A stretch of 48,266 nucleotides of DNA, from the NCBI RefSeq assembly GCF_001194135.2, contig NC_068982.1, positions 32,096,453 through 32,144,718 of the forward strand, read 5' to 3'. The translations under genes were made by a program, and so were the position numbers. The notes below the pieces were generated by a model. The model did no database searches, was not told the DNA's origin, and worked only from the letters and a program-made list of their open reading frames with translations. How positions within the stretch are numbered: the first letter of the stretch is position 1; each line of letters begins with the position of its first letter. Positions 46,573 to 48,266 of this stretch are shown here, one piece after another. Origin of the DNA: Octopus bimaculoides. Its lineage: Eukaryota.

Positions 46573-48266
46573 ATGCCCGGAGATAAATCTATCAACAACA
46601 AAAATACAAATGAATACCGATCTGCTAGCCTTAAGAAACTACACTACGAGCAATGTTTACATGCTGAGAACTCGTTGACGGTGTTGTCTCAAAAAACTGA
46701 CCTTAAACAGGCAAATCCTAATGTCAACGCCAAAGCTCGTCATGCCTCAATGATATCAAAGCAGATCACAAACCAGATTGGTCGTCGACCGAATCACAAA
46801 GGGCCACTTACTCGATATAGATCTGCTAGCCTTAAGAAGCTACGTCACGAGAGCTTGGAGACGGTGTTGTCTCAAAAAATTAGCCCTAAACAGACAGATC
46901 CGTCCCCTAGCGTCAACGTCGAAGCTTGTTATGCCTCACTGTTAATAAAACAAAATACAAACCGGAATGGTCATCGACCGCATTATAAAGGACCACTTAC
47001 TCGGATAATGAACCAGATCCGAGACGAGAAATCTGCTACTGGTTCAAATCTTCCCGACACTCAGGAGCTGGAAGTNNNNNNNNNNNNNNNNNNNNNNNNN
47101 NNNNNNNNNNNNNNNNNNNNNNNNNNNNNNNNNNNNNNNNNNNNNNNNNNNNNNNNNNNNNNNNNNNNNNNNNNNNNNNNNNNNNNNNNNNNNNNNNNNN
47201 NNNNNNNNNNNNNNNNNNNNNNNNNNNNNNNNNNNNNNNNNNNNNNNNNNNNNNNNNNNNNNNNNNNNNNNNNNNNNNNNNNNNNNNNNNNNNNNNNNNN
47301 NNNNNNNNNNNNNNNNNNNNNNNNNNNNNNNNNNNNNNNNNNNNNNNNNNNNNNNNNNNNNNNNNNNNNNNNNNNNNNNNNNNNNNNNNNNNNNNNNNNN
47401 NNNNNNNNNNNNNNNNNNNNNNNNNNNNNNGAAGTAAGACCCTACATAGACAGTAACAAACTTGCCAACGTCAGAGGAAACATTATGAAAAAAAAATTAC
47501 AAACTGAAGTAGAGATTGACCAAATTAAACAAGCAGTAAGGGATAAAAAGAATGAAACTGCAGCTAAAGAAGATACCACAGAGGAAATAATTATAAACCA
47601 GCCCAAGGCTGATGAAAATACAGTAATGATTGAAAGAGTTAATGTAACTGATAGGCAAAGTGAAATACTCTCTGAACCAACCATAAACACTAAGGCAGGT
47701 GAAAATCAAATAGATGAAGAAAGTCATACAGAAATCGACGCAACAGAACTACATGATCTAAAAAATCAAATCATGACTAAATGGCTGAAAATTAAAGAAA
47801 CCAGTATGAATGGACGCGACACTCTCCCCAAAATTCGCAATTCTAACCAAAACTTGAAAATAATTGGTAAAATCCGCCTTGCACTTAAGGATATAATTTC
47901 AGCTAATGATGTTGATATTACAGATCTCAACCACCTATACTATGCATCCGCAAAAATCTCAACGGTTCTATGTGGTGAAAAGATTAGAAAACGACAACAC
48001 TCCCACAAAAAGCCTTCTTGGCAAGAGCGCATTCAACACCAAATTAAGCTACTTAGATCTGACATAGAATGTTTGAAAAACTTTCAATTTGATAAGAGTA
48101 TCAAACCTACAAAGACCCAAAAACTAAAGAAAAAATATAATGTGAAAACCATAGTTGACATTGATACCACCATAGAAACCATCAAGCAAAAGGTATGTGC
48201 TAAAGCTGCCCGTATAGCAAGGTATGAAAAGCGTGTTAGATTCTTCAGAGATAATAACATGTTCAA
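46573..48266 (+). CDS. N-terminal part of an apparently intact RLE-type (R4/Dong-like) non-LTR retrotransposon ORF; runs off the window end
   Basis: ATG 46573 MPGDKSINN.. is open to the gap at 47076; the same frame resumes at 47431 and is open to the end: YIDSNKLANVRGNIMKKKLQTEVEIDQIK..TLPK..LNHLYYASA..KKPSWQERIQHQIKLLRSDI..KLKKKY..IETIKQKVCAKAARIARYEKR..NNMF, the typical pre-RT region of R4-clade ORFs. Confidence 0.85.
   Translation, partial: MPGDKSINNKNTNEYRSASLKKLHYEQCLHAENSLTVLSQKTDLKQANPNVNAKARHASMISKQITNQIGRRPNHKGPLTRYRSASLKKLRHESLETVLSQKISPKQTDPSPSVNVEACYASLLIKQNTNRNGHRPHYKGPLTRIMNQIRDEKSATGSNLPDTQELEXXXXXXXXXXXXXXXXXXXXXXXXXXXXXXXXXXXXXXXXXXXXXXXXXXXXXXXXXXXXXXXXXXXXXXXXXXXXXXXXXXXXXXXXXXXXXXXXXXXXXXXXXXXXXXXXXXXXXXXEVRPYIDSNKLANVRGNIMKKKLQTEVEIDQIKQAVRDKKNETAAKEDTTEEIIINQPKADENTVMIERVNVTDRQSEILSEPTINTKAGENQIDEESHTEIDATELHDLKNQIMTKWLKIKETSMNGRDTLPKIRNSNQNLKIIGKIRLALKDIISANDVDITDLNHLYYASAKISTVLCGEKIRKRQHSHKKPSWQERIQHQIKLLRSDIECLKNFQFDKSIKPTKTQKLKKKYNVKTIVDIDTTIETIKQKVCAKAARIARYEKRVRFFRDNNMF

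Noticed and set aside
47442-48266. Minus-strand hydrophobic ORFs (82, 76 and 60 aa)
   Set aside because: Antisense shadows of the A-rich plus-strand LINE ORF.

Overview
AT-rich eukaryotic (animal) genomic DNA with many N-gaps and microsatellites. The SINE families look like those I recall from octopus/cephalopod genomes; this is an inference and was not database-checked. I cannot support any host protein-coding gene: almost all ORFs in the supplied track are microsatellite or low-complexity artefacts or antisense to transposon fragments. The window is a mobile-element mosaic. It holds about 20 tRNA-derived SINE copies from at least 3 families, a Tx1/L1-type LINE 3' fragment, a CR1/L2-type LINE, six decayed restriction-like-endonuclease (RLE, R4/Dong-type) LINE fragments (five stacked on the minus strand among (AAT)n tracts), a decayed Helitron helicase, a mariner fragment, a mariner MITE, and a 168-bp solo LTR with 5-bp TSD. 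An uninterrupted RLE-LINE ORF starts at 46573 and runs off the window end; it is missing from the ORF track. The most notable signal is four hammerhead-ribozyme motifs. One is a well-formed type I hammerhead (7723-7791). Two sit in a repeated module (10125-10170 and 45686-45731), which in one copy lies downstream of a tRNA-like Pol III head, suggesting a ribozyme-carrying SINE/retrozyme. The fourth is a minimal GUC-cleaving motif (16709-16751). Other structural oddities include a telomeric-repeat hairpin/G-quadruplex, a perfect 14-bp hairpin, a ~120-bp palindrome, a TIR pair enclosing a SINE, and a LINE sharing its 3' tail with a SINE family.
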